Shown piece after piece: positions 20,752-30,292 of a DNA stretch of 64,000 nt; within the stretch, counting starts at the first letter, position 1; each line of letters begins with the position of its first letter. The notes beneath the pieces were generated by a model that saw nothing but the letters and a program-made list of their open reading frames with translations, was not told the DNA's origin and did not search any database. Source of the stretch: a virus; IMG/VR virus record IMGVR_UViG_3300028844_006574, positions 27,376-91,375 of that record, one strand, 5' to 3'. Position numbers and translations under genes: made by a program.

Positions 20752-21510
20752 ATGCACAGTGTTACTGTAGTAGTACCTATATTTAAACCGTGTAGTTTCC
20801 GGTCGCGTAATATAACCTTTTTGTTAAATGAGCTAAATAAACTACAAGTAAAAGTAATTGTTGTAGAACAAACACTAAACGATATTGCAAATAACAGGTT
20901 TGAAAAACTACCTAATGTAAACCAAGTCAATTTTGAAAAAAATACAAAACATTTTCACAAAACATATATATGTAATAAAATTATTGAACATATTGAAACA
21001 GAATATGTATGGTTTATCGACAGCGATTTTTACATGGATTTCAATACGATTCTTATAAATCGAGAATTTTCAAAGTTTGATTTCTTCAAACCGTTTGATA
21101 CATGTAAAGACTTAAACGAATTTCAGACTCAACAGCTGGTTACAACTAAACATATAAATGAAAACATGCTCAGAACAAATATGTCATCAGACCGGTTTAT
21201 TAAATATTTTGGCGCGTTGAGTTACATATGTAAAGTGGATAGTTTTAAAACCTCCGGGCAGTTGGATGAAAAATATATAGGCTGGGGTTATGAAGATTTG
21301 GATTTATTTTTAAATATATACAAGCAAAACTATAGTATAGGTGTAGCTCACGGTGTAAATGCTGTACACATGTGGCACCCTCCTGTGACAAATAAAGCTA
21401 AACATATGTTGATAAATAAAAAATATTTTGAAAATAAAGGTTACACTATTGACAGAGTTAAACAAGCTCACCGGGAATTGTTTGAAAGTAAAACCGTAAT
21501 TGACTATTAA
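20752..21510 (+). CDS. Glycosyltransferase (GT2/GT7-like, GT-A fold)
   Basis: VTVVVP, VIVVEQ, DxD motif FIDSD, LDEKYIGWGYEDLDL, HMWHP; TATAAATA upstream. Confidence 0.85.
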   Translation: MHSVTVVVPIFKPCSFRSRNITFLLNELNKLQVKVIVVEQTLNDIANNRFEKLPNVNQVNFEKNTKHFHKTYICNKIIEHIETEYVWFIDSDFYMDFNTILINREFSKFDFFKPFDTCKDLNEFQTQQLVTTKHINENMLRTNMSSDRFIKYFGALSYICKVDSFKTSGQLDEKYIGWGYEDLDLFLNIYKQNYSIGVAHGVNAVHMWHPPVTNKAKHMLINKKYFENKGYTIDRVKQAHRELFESKTVIDY

Positions 21511-21522
21511 ATACTAATATAC

Positions 21523-24500
21523 ATGTCAATCAACAGCACCAGATACTATTCGAGTGATGATACAACACTATCTGCTACAACCACTAAACCACTAACATAT
21601 GTTGAATGGTTACAGTATGAAACATCATTTGATAGGGCATCCGCATTTGAGCAGTACACAAGGTATCTATCTGAATGGTACAATAAGAGAGATGTAAACA
21701 ACCAAGTCACAGATGTACAGTATATAAGAAATATATACACTGAGTTATTGAAACAAATTTCCATAGAGTTTACCACACCTGATGAAAAGCGTTTTTTATC
21801 TAATATAGATTTTGAAAATAAAAACGACTTGGATGTTGCTTTACCTTTTTTCGCTAGAAAGTTAAAGCAAATCGCGATATATTATTCAAATCAAAGAGAA
21901 GAAATTAAATTTTCCGGTGTCAAAGCCAATTTGAAAGGTAGTGATTATGGAATCAATCAAGTTGTTTATAAACAAGTGGCCGAGATCATAAAATATGACC
22001 CTGACATTCAATCTCAATTGGCTGATATGGGACTATCACAGCAAGACGTACTAACGAATTTGAGAGTTGAAGTACAAGAATTGTATGACACGGAACAAAA
22101 CTATTATAATATACCATATGAATCTGATGCGAGTAGTTACACCGGTACCGGTTCAAATAGATATAATTACTTCAACATGTCGTTAATTCCTCAAAGAGAG
22201 AGAATGTTTTTATCTGATACATTTACCGAGACTGTGAAGGAATTGATAGAACAAGTACCGGTAATCATGTTTTCGGGTATCGAAAGCGTAACCCAATCAG
22301 ACTCGAAGGAAATGAGAGATATAGAGAATAGATCATATGCCATATCTGATATTATAACCGGAACGGAATTAGATAGATTAAATGATAAACAATTTTCAAA
22401 TTATTTGTCAACGGGTCAGTTAAATATAGAATATGAACAACTCGCTTTTAAAAAATACTGCGGTACCGACTATTATTATTTGAGCACCGGTGATACACTG
22501 TCCCAAGTAGTATCTTCCAAATTATTTGCGGCTGATAACCCACATAAAGAAATATTAAATAAATTTTACCCAACTATATTAACCACAAACGGTGAAGGGT
22601 TGTATAAGCAAGAATATATTGGAGGTTATTTTAACTCAAACAATGTGGGTATTTTAACATACACTACTTTAGATTTTGAGTATAAATTCAAACCAACTGA
22701 AACAAACAAAACATACTTTTTTCCAGACCCATCCACTGGCTCAACCGGGTTCTTTGGAGCTGATAGACCGTTTGAAACAGTAGTAGAGTATTATGAAAAT
22801 GTGAATTGGCAAAAAAACGCAATAACAACACATTATAATTTTGGTTTACAAAAACAGTACAAAAACCTCATCAGATTTACCCCGTATCAATCAAAATCTG
22901 ACACGTATATGACACAAACCGGTGTCAATAGAAGTACAGATGAATTTGACTTTTGGGAACAAAAAAGTGACAATGTCTGGAAAAACCCGGACATATACCC
23001 ACTTGGAGAAAATTACACACAACCAATAGACACACGATACGGTCAGTTGCTAGGAGGAGACAAGGTATTATATAAATGGAAATCTGATATATATGGTAAT
23101 GAATATACTTTAATTAAAACAAAGGTTGAACCAGTTGAACAACCACCTATCAACAAAAATTCAACTCTATATCAGACCGAGTTAAAAACCATACCGGAAG
23201 AGCACTTAAAACCCGCTAGTAGACATAAAAATAATATAGTACCCAAGCACCACAAAAAGAAAACTCTGACAGAACAACAATCGATCGCCGGTGAATTGTA
23301 TATTAGGAACAATACATATACCGGTATATTAACCTTAAATTCACCTCTGGTAAAACCTTTATACGAAAAATATACCGTACAGGGTAAGGTAACATATAGA
23401 GACTCGGAAATAACATTAACCGATATATCTTCAGAAATAACTAACGAGTTGCTAGATATTGATGTGATTTATGATACGATAGTCTTTGAAACTCGTAATT
23501 ACTTAGTATTTGAAAGAATATCCTACGATTATGATACCGGGAAAATAAGCACCGGTCATAATAATTTTTCGTTTTTGAAAAAAGACTATCATCAGAACCG
23601 GTATGAAAAAACAAGTAATTGGTGGTATGACAAATCTCAACAAAGTCTAATGGTGGTAAAAACTACCGTCCACCCGGAACTATCTGCAACTACAGACAAG
23701 ATGATTTACCCGGAAATATATGACTACAACATGAATTCCGGTGTTTTGAGACGTACGTACCCGGATCAAGACTTAACAGATGATCAGATTATATATGAAA
23801 CATCTGTATATTCTCTGTCAAGTATAAATAAATTCAATATAATAGACATAGATCGAGTAAAATCACCTAGAATAACATACAACAAAGATTCGGAAAGATA
23901 TACAATGACTCAACTAGGTTATGATATCGCGGATAATATATTTCTATTAAAAAACGACTTTTTAATGTATGATAACACGGTACAGGCAGTCAAACCAAGT
24001 ATCTACAAAAACAATTATATAATATATACACTGAACCCGGCTAATGATAGCATACAGAGAACATTTATGTATGAAACAAACCCTAGTCTGACATATCTAT
24101 CAATGAGTGAGTTTACATACATGCACGACGATGTTAGAAACTTGTTGTTCATGGGATGTCTGGAGAACCGAACTACTGAAAACCCAGACCCTCAACCCAA
24201 TAGCAGTTGTGTGTTTATACACGGTACAGAACCACAAAACATGCAAACAAACAGAGACATGGTGATGTGTTTTGACTTCATGACATGTGGGTTTATAGAC
24301 GGTGACACGACTGCAAAACCAAACGGGTTGAGTGTAGTGTTTTTCCAAGCACGTGTTAAGGATTTAAATTTAAAAAATGCTGCAGCTTCAGAACCGGAAT
24401 ATGAACTACTCGATGATGGTGGGTTAGGGCCTGCATTTACATATTTAGATGATGTAACCCGTGGTACAAACACTCAAAGTGCTTTATCCGGTTTAGACAC

Positions 24501-25254
24501 TGGACATGCATGTGTAGCTTTAGACGTTGTTGGTAATGTAGGTGGTAATACAAAAACACCAAACAACATAACCGTATTCGCGCAGTACGATACAGTGAAT
24601 AGATTTGAAGAAACAACGAATGTTGATTCAAGCAAGTATAACTTTTGGTCAGACATATCAGAATATACCGACTACACAGATTTACCATTTGTCAGGTGTA
24701 AAGTAGTGTTGACCGATTTAGGTAAGAGAATTAAAGTATATTTGAAACATCCTCATGAACCAGAGTTTGAATTGGTATCAGATGTGTCACTGCTCCCGGC
24801 TGCAGATGCTAGTAAAGTTTTTTACAACGACAAAATATACAAATGTTTAACAGACCATACATCATCAGTAACTATCAATATAGAGGATGACACACGAGTA
24901 AGCTACAACGGTACAATATACAGATGCACAAGAGACCACACAGCTTCTGTAACAGAAACACCTGATAGTACCCCATTTTATTGGAAAGCAGACAAGCAAT
25001 GGCCATATACATTAAATGCAACCCCATGGACCTCCGGGACAAATTATAAATCTAGTAACTGGATCATGATCCAAAGTTACGCACCTGCTCCCGGGGATTA
25101 TGAAACATGGGATTCCGGAGGTAACACCTATTACAAGGAGTATCAAGCACCTGATCGATTGAAAATGGCATTAGCAAGTAATACATCAGAAGCTAACACT
25201 GGATTGACTGTGATCCGGAACATAACGGTAACAGGAGCAGGTAACAACACATGA
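21523..25254 (+). CDS. Large virion structural protein with C-terminal lectin-like and CBM5/12-like modules
   Basis: 1243 aa with a late promoter. NGLSVVFF...GGLGPAFTY...CVALDVVGN is legume-lectin-like; VFYNDKIYKCLTDHTS and VSYNGTIYRCTRDHTA are carbohydrate-binding-like repeats. Confidence 0.55.
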   Translation: MSINSTRYYSSDDTTLSATTTKPLTYVEWLQYETSFDRASAFEQYTRYLSEWYNKRDVNNQVTDVQYIRNIYTELLKQISIEFTTPDEKRFLSNIDFENKNDLDVALPFFARKLKQIAIYYSNQREEIKFSGVKANLKGSDYGINQVVYKQVAEIIKYDPDIQSQLADMGLSQQDVLTNLRVEVQELYDTEQNYYNIPYESDASSYTGTGSNRYNYFNMSLIPQRERMFLSDTFTETVKELIEQVPVIMFSGIESVTQSDSKEMRDIENRSYAISDIITGTELDRLNDKQFSNYLSTGQLNIEYEQLAFKKYCGTDYYYLSTGDTLSQVVSSKLFAADNPHKEILNKFYPTILTTNGEGLYKQEYIGGYFNSNNVGILTYTTLDFEYKFKPTETNKTYFFPDPSTGSTGFFGADRPFETVVEYYENVNWQKNAITTHYNFGLQKQYKNLIRFTPYQSKSDTYMTQTGVNRSTDEFDFWEQKSDNVWKNPDIYPLGENYTQPIDTRYGQLLGGDKVLYKWKSDIYGNEYTLIKTKVEPVEQPPINKNSTLYQTELKTIPEEHLKPASRHKNNIVPKHHKKKTLTEQQSIAGELYIRNNTYTGILTLNSPLVKPLYEKYTVQGKVTYRDSEITLTDISSEITNELLDIDVIYDTIVFETRNYLVFERISYDYDTGKISTGHNNFSFLKKDYHQNRYEKTSNWWYDKSQQSLMVVKTTVHPELSATTDKMIYPEIYDYNMNSGVLRRTYPDQDLTDDQIIYETSVYSLSSINKFNIIDIDRVKSPRITYNKDSERYTMTQLGYDIADNIFLLKNDFLMYDNTVQAVKPSIYKNNYIIYTLNPANDSIQRTFMYETNPSLTYLSMSEFTYMHDDVRNLLFMGCLENRTTENPDPQPNSSCVFIHGTEPQNMQTNRDMVMCFDFMTCGFIDGDTTAKPNGLSVVFFQARVKDLNLKNAAASEPEYELLDDGGLGPAFTYLDDVTRGTNTQSALSGLDTGHACVALDVVGNVGGNTKTPNNITVFAQYDTVNRFEETTNVDSSKYNFWSDISEYTDYTDLPFVRCKVVLTDLGKRIKVYLKHPHEPEFELVSDVSLLPAADASKVFYNDKIYKCLTDHTSSVTINIEDDTRVSYNGTIYRCTRDHTASVTETPDSTPFYWKADKQWPYTLNATPWTSGTNYKSSNWIMIQSYAPAPGDYETWDSGGNTYYKEYQAPDRLKMALASNTSEANTGLTVIRNITVTGAGNNT

Positions 25255-27734
25255 AGACACCTTTCAACATACCTAAAATAGAGTTTGATATCACACATGA
25301 AAATCAAACATCCACTGGTGAAACTATCACACAGACATACGAACAAATCGTACTCAAAGGACCTCATGAAATACAGTTCAACATAAAATCCCAACCTGAG
25401 CTGATCAAGGTGGTATACAATCTTGACTACACTCAACAGTGTGGTACTACAACACAACCAGCGAGTAGTGAAGTACGATATGAACCCGAATTTACTACTG
25501 GTAGTAACAATTTGTTAACAGATCCCGCTGATTCAATAATCACTGGTCGGTTCTTTCCAGATAAATACCAGTACGAAACAACTGTATTCCCAGGCTTAAC
25601 AACTATAGATAAAGACCTTAACAAAGTCGTGCATCAGGTGAGTGTACGAGTTGCACAACCATCCGTACATGATTATGTCAATGATTTAGACATTGTGGAT
25701 GTAAGAACATTTACAAATCTGTCCGGTAAACGAGGCAAGGCATTGCTATTACTAGAGGACCAAACAAACAATTTTATAGTCCCTATGACATTGTTTGGAG
25801 AGAGACAATACACCAGTACAATTGAGCTAGGAGACGCACTGTTTGGGCAGATAGTATTCAATATATGTGTATCTAGAGCACCGTACGATAATGTCAAACC
25901 TGACGGTACTGAAGTGGTAACAACTAGTGAGTCATTTTTAGCAGAAACAGTTTTTTACGGTCAGACCAGGTTTGGTACATATGAAGCTGAAGGTTTCCCC
26001 GCAGCTGTTCGTGACCAATTCACAATAAACAACACAGGTAGTTATCCGCTCCGGGTTTTATCTGTTACTAACCCTAACACACCCTTTTATATGGATGGTA
26101 TTCAACTAGAAGGTGTATACTCCCCGGTAGACAGTGGATGTTTAAATTCAAAATCTATTTATGTTTATTTCTCCCCACCTGACTTGATTGATTCAGCGCA
26201 ATCACAAGGCCAAAATTTTTCTGTAACATATCAGGATAGCATCATCATTGAAAATGACAGTGTGAACAACCCCGAGATCAAAATAGATTTAACAGGTACC
26301 GCCAAATCCGGGTACTTGGTTGTAGATGGACCCGGTTTCACTAGTGATGACCCGGTTGAGTTTGACCCAACATTAGTTGGTGAAAAAACATTACAACCAA
26401 TCACAATAAGCAACAACGGTAGCTGCCCGGTCAAGATATTCGATATTGAATATGATGACGATGCGGAAATCACTCCAGATGGAGTGTCATACCCATTTGT
26501 TTTGTTACCTCAAGAATCTAGAACAATAAATGCGGCTTTCAGACCAACTGAAGCGCGTTACTTAGAAGATATAGCAGACGAAATCGCATACCCGGTACCA
26601 TATGAAGCTGTGATACCTAAAACCGTCAACTGGACCATACGTAGCAACGCGTTCAATGACATAACTGTACCAGCCGCTTTGACCGGTCATGCATTCACTA
26701 CTACAACTACCACAACTACTACTACAACAACTACTACAACAACTACTACAACCACCACAACTACAACTACAACTACAACTCAAAGTACCACAACCACAAC
26801 CACAACCACAACCACAACTACAACATGTCCTGTTGAACCGGAAGTGGTGTTTTTGAAGTGGCAAGTGAATCCAGTGTATGTTGTGGAAGGAAAAACAACA
26901 AGCATCAGAATAATTAGGGACAGTCGTAGTACATACAAAGGAGCTCTGCTTGTGGATTACCATCCAGAGGGTGTTACTGACAGTGCACAACCCGGAGAAG
27001 ATTATGATGAATCTGTGAACACTAGTGTGGCGTTCTTCCCTGAAAATGCCATGTCGACCGACATCATAATCGGTACATTGGCTGGTGGTGGTATCACGAT
27101 AGACGGTGTAGAGTTACAGATTTCAGGTTTGGAAACAGCTGAATATTTCAACATGATGTTGACCAACATCAGAGCCACTCCACCAGAGGGTACCGAGGAT
27201 GTGTTCCCGTACAGATGTGTACCTGGATATTTCGTAACCGATTCAGAACCAGAAGGTATACCGTCTGCAAGTGAACCAGTACCATACGTACCCAAGCCTG
27301 TGTTGATTCTAGACAAACCTGGTGATGCCAGCGTGTCGTTCAAAGGGAGTTGTACATTGGAAGACGTGACCGCGTTGTTGAGATGTGTGGATGATGATGT
27401 TACACTGGAACTATTAGAAGTGGATGCGCCAGGAGACGGTGCAACATTGTTGGAAGTGTTCAACAAATACACGGGTCAGCTGATCACCACAGTACCGGTG
27501 GCCAACTTACAAAACGGACCGGTGTATATAGATGTAAAGGAACACCAAGATGAATTTGGTTATGTACAAATACTGTATGAAGCATGCGGTTGCTGTATAG
27601 AGAAGGTGTATTCATGCACTTGTTCAATAATAGATGTTGAAGGAGAGTTGGTATGTTGTAACATCGCAGGTGTTGATGGAGAGCTTGTATGTTGTGAGAT
27701 AACACAGGTAGAAGGAGAACTTAGTTGCGGTTAA
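25251..27734 (+). CDS. Virion adhesin-like protein: Ig-like (ASH-type) domains, poly-Thr linker, Calx-beta-like domain, Cys-rich C-terminal repeats
   Basis: FTINNTGSYPLRV and ITISNNGSCPVKI Ig-like starts; a 41-Thr tract; VVEGKTTSIRIIR...AQPGEDY...ETAEYFNMMLTN (Calx-beta-like); three V(E/D)GEL(V/S)C repeats. Confidence 0.65.
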   Translation: MKTPFNIPKIEFDITHENQTSTGETITQTYEQIVLKGPHEIQFNIKSQPELIKVVYNLDYTQQCGTTTQPASSEVRYEPEFTTGSNNLLTDPADSIITGRFFPDKYQYETTVFPGLTTIDKDLNKVVHQVSVRVAQPSVHDYVNDLDIVDVRTFTNLSGKRGKALLLLEDQTNNFIVPMTLFGERQYTSTIELGDALFGQIVFNICVSRAPYDNVKPDGTEVVTTSESFLAETVFYGQTRFGTYEAEGFPAAVRDQFTINNTGSYPLRVLSVTNPNTPFYMDGIQLEGVYSPVDSGCLNSKSIYVYFSPPDLIDSAQSQGQNFSVTYQDSIIIENDSVNNPEIKIDLTGTAKSGYLVVDGPGFTSDDPVEFDPTLVGEKTLQPITISNNGSCPVKIFDIEYDDDAEITPDGVSYPFVLLPQESRTINAAFRPTEARYLEDIADEIAYPVPYEAVIPKTVNWTIRSNAFNDITVPAALTGHAFTTTTTTTTTTTTTTTTTTTTTTTTTTTTQSTTTTTTTTTTTTTCPVEPEVVFLKWQVNPVYVVEGKTTSIRIIRDSRSTYKGALLVDYHPEGVTDSAQPGEDYDESVNTSVAFFPENAMSTDIIIGTLAGGGITIDGVELQISGLETAEYFNMMLTNIRATPPEGTEDVFPYRCVPGYFVTDSEPEGIPSASEPVPYVPKPVLILDKPGDASVSFKGSCTLEDVTALLRCVDDDVTLELLEVDAPGDGATLLEVFNKYTGQLITTVPVANLQNGPVYIDVKEHQDEFGYVQILYEACGCCIEKVYSCTCSIIDVEGELVCCNIAGVDGELVCCEITQVEGELSCG
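26697..26825 (+). repeat. Poly-threonine coding repeat (28 Thr, Gln-Ser, 13 Thr)
   Basis: Mixed ACT/ACA/ACC codons in frame within 25251..27734. Confidence 0.95.
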
Positions 27735-27789
27735 TCAATATGAACCGCTTTAAAACTGAAATTTGTGAATAAATAATCACTAGAGTGCT

Positions 27790-28536
27790 ATGTCCTGCGA
27801 AAACTGTAACATTATAATCCGAAACGTTATCGGAACCCCGGCTTCGTATAAAATCCGGTGGACAAAACTAAATTCTTTAAACGAGGTTGTATATATTAAC
27901 AATGGACCAATCACAGCTAATGATATAAGAGAGACAAATCTGGAGATCTTCGCCGGCGGGCCCGGGCATCCGGATTACGGTCAGTATTGGGATGGTAACA
28001 ACATAAACATCAGATTTGAAAACTTTTTTAACCCAGATTGTTACCTTGATGTAACATACAGCTGTGAACCAGCGACAACTACCACATTACCATCAGTTGA
28101 TTGTTGTGACGGCATGGATTACGCGATAAAAACAACAGGCTCCGGAGCCGATCAATCACCATTGGCTGGGTTATCAACAACAGGTTTTGCTCAGGGCACA
28201 TATCAATATACGCAGACAGGTACATTTACATACACAGTTGATATACAAGGTACAGGTAAGTTATGCTACGGTGGAATAAATCAGACGGCAACCCCTCGAG
28301 GCTCCGGGCTTGGTTGGTCATGTGTATTGGTCAATGGTACTGGTCAAGAAGTAGAAGCTGATGGAACAACTTTAGTACAAGGCTTTGCCGGTCCGGTTGG
28401 TAGAATAACAATGATTAGGCCATGGTCAGATAATGTAAACGGTAACTATGTAACATACGTATCTCCAAGCGGTATATGTTTTAGAGGGCAACTCGACGAA
28501 AATGGACCATTTTTCGTAGAATTGAGAGAAGTGTAA
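27790..28536 (+). CDS. Hypothetical late protein, probably virion-associated
   Basis: TAAATA upstream; Cys- and Gly-rich with a short PATTTTLP linker. Confidence 0.65.
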   Translation: MSCENCNIIIRNVIGTPASYKIRWTKLNSLNEVVYINNGPITANDIRETNLEIFAGGPGHPDYGQYWDGNNINIRFENFFNPDCYLDVTYSCEPATTTTLPSVDCCDGMDYAIKTTGSGADQSPLAGLSTTGFAQGTYQYTQTGTFTYTVDIQGTGKLCYGGINQTATPRGSGLGWSCVLVNGTGQEVEADGTTLVQGFAGPVGRITMIRPWSDNVNGNYVTYVSPSGICFRGQLDENGPFFVELREV

Positions 28537-29093
28537 TGAGATTGTTACAATTACAAGACGAGGTGCAATATTACGTAGGGTGGTACGGAGTGTGTAAAGA
28601 AGACGGTACCCCGGATGCTAGTGATAGTGACGCGCCCTGTCAAAATATAGATTTAAATACAGGTAGATACGCAGACGGTACTTTATTACAATGGGACAAT
28701 GGGAAGGGAAACTTCCGCGACCAGTTACAGTTTGTACAACAAGTTCGGGATGATGGTAAAGACTTTGGGTTGTATGATATGAAAGTTCTAGATGAGATCC
28801 GACAATTTTTTATGTTTAGATACGGTCTCAGCACTAGTGATGCAGCACAAGCTGTTGACCAAGCCATCCGGGAGGAGCTGAACACTCCTCCACCAACCGG
28901 GCCTTTAACAAATATTGTAAATTTTGCTGACCTTGTGTGCGGTAAAGCATATACTATTGTAGTTAAACCTGGTACTGGCGGAACTGGTGTTGGTTCTGTT
29001 ACATGTCAAATAGACATACCGGAGTTTAGATACATGTATGTAGGTACAGCTGATTCCGGATTAAGATTAACTAACGAGTGTTGTTACAGTTAA
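28536..29093 (+). CDS. Hypothetical protein
   Basis: 185 aa, coupled to the previous gene by a TAATG overlap. Confidence 0.65.
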   Translation: MRLLQLQDEVQYYVGWYGVCKEDGTPDASDSDAPCQNIDLNTGRYADGTLLQWDNGKGNFRDQLQFVQQVRDDGKDFGLYDMKVLDEIRQFFMFRYGLSTSDAAQAVDQAIREELNTPPPTGPLTNIVNFADLVCGKAYTIVVKPGTGGTGVGSVTCQIDIPEFRYMYVGTADSGLRLTNECCYS

Positions 29094-29135
29094 TATAACA
29101 TTGCATATTAAGTAAAATAACCATATATATAGTAT

Positions 29136-30251
29136 ATGAAGTTAACAATAGGCATGTCATGTTATGACGATTATGATGGTGTGTGGTTCACCATTCAGAG
29201 CATACTAATGTATCACTCTGAGTGTGTAGACGATATAAATTTTGTTGTTATTGATGGCAACCCGGAAAGCTCTCACGGTAAAGCTTGTGAGCAACTGATC
29301 AGCAAACTGAAAAACAAACACGGTAACAACGGATTGTATGTGAAAAATGTTTCTTGGCCTGGTACAGCCAGTAGAGACTACATATTCCAGTATGCAAAGA
29401 CACCATATGTGTTAGTTGTTGACAGTCATGTACAGATTGTACCAGGTGCGATCAAAAAATTAATAAAATATTATGATAAACAACCAGATTGTAAAAATTT
29501 GATACACGGACCATTGCTAGATGGCGCCGGTAACACATTTGCTACTGAGATGTCACCAGAATGGGATTACAACATGTATGGTAAATGGTTGGTAAACCCT
29601 GACCGGTTGAAATTAAACAAAGAGTACGAGATTGAAATCATGGGCCTAGGCTTATTCAGTTGTGTCAAGTCTAACTGGTTAGGATTCAACAAAAAGTTCA
29701 GAGGTTTTGGTGGGGAAGAAGGGTACATACACAAAAAATATAGAAAAGCCGGTCACAAATCTGTAGCGTTACCCTGGCTCAAATGGAATCATCGTTTCAC
29801 CAGACCTAGAGGAGTACCTTACCAAAACGAATACATTGACCGGGTGAAAAACTATTTAATCGGCTGGAACGAGCTTGGTGAAGACACCACAGAAATAATA
29901 GACTACTACAGCACCAGCAACACACAGCCTGGCCAGGAGCGAGAGGCTATAAACGAATCAGATCTGCTGGTGCTACAAGATAAACTGTCACAAACCAAAT
30001 TAAACTCTGTAGCACCTGACGCTCTAGCAGAAGAACATCGTCAGTTACGTGCTCGAGTGATTGAGTTGGAGATGAAATTGATGGAACTAGCTTTCTCACC
30101 AGAGTCTAACAAAGTAAAAGAGATGAGTCTGTCGGAATACACACAACAAACCGAACGATCAACAAATGTATTAGAAAAACCACCAACTGACCCGGTAAAG
30201 GCGATAGAGGATTCATTCAAACAAAAATTAATCCAAGAACCACAGGGTTAA
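29136..30251 (+). CDS. GT2-family glycosyltransferase with C-terminal coiled coil
   Basis: LTIGMSCYDD, FVVIDG, VLVVDSH, GLGLFSC, GFNKKFRGFGGEEGYIH, WNHRF. Confidence 0.85.
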   Translation: MKLTIGMSCYDDYDGVWFTIQSILMYHSECVDDINFVVIDGNPESSHGKACEQLISKLKNKHGNNGLYVKNVSWPGTASRDYIFQYAKTPYVLVVDSHVQIVPGAIKKLIKYYDKQPDCKNLIHGPLLDGAGNTFATEMSPEWDYNMYGKWLVNPDRLKLNKEYEIEIMGLGLFSCVKSNWLGFNKKFRGFGGEEGYIHKKYRKAGHKSVALPWLKWNHRFTRPRGVPYQNEYIDRVKNYLIGWNELGEDTTEIIDYYSTSNTQPGQEREAINESDLLVLQDKLSQTKLNSVAPDALAEEHRQLRARVIELEMKLMELAFSPESNKVKEMSLSEYTQQTERSTNVLEKPPTDPVKAIEDSFKQKLIQEPQG

Positions 30252-30292
30252 AAACAATCCCCTATAAAAGAAAAATTGTATAAATATATACA

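Noticed and set aside
26562-26990. Cys/Ser/Gly-rich minus-strand ORF resembling a metallothionein
   Set aside because: It is the antisense reading of the poly-Thr codons and has no promoter or independent support.
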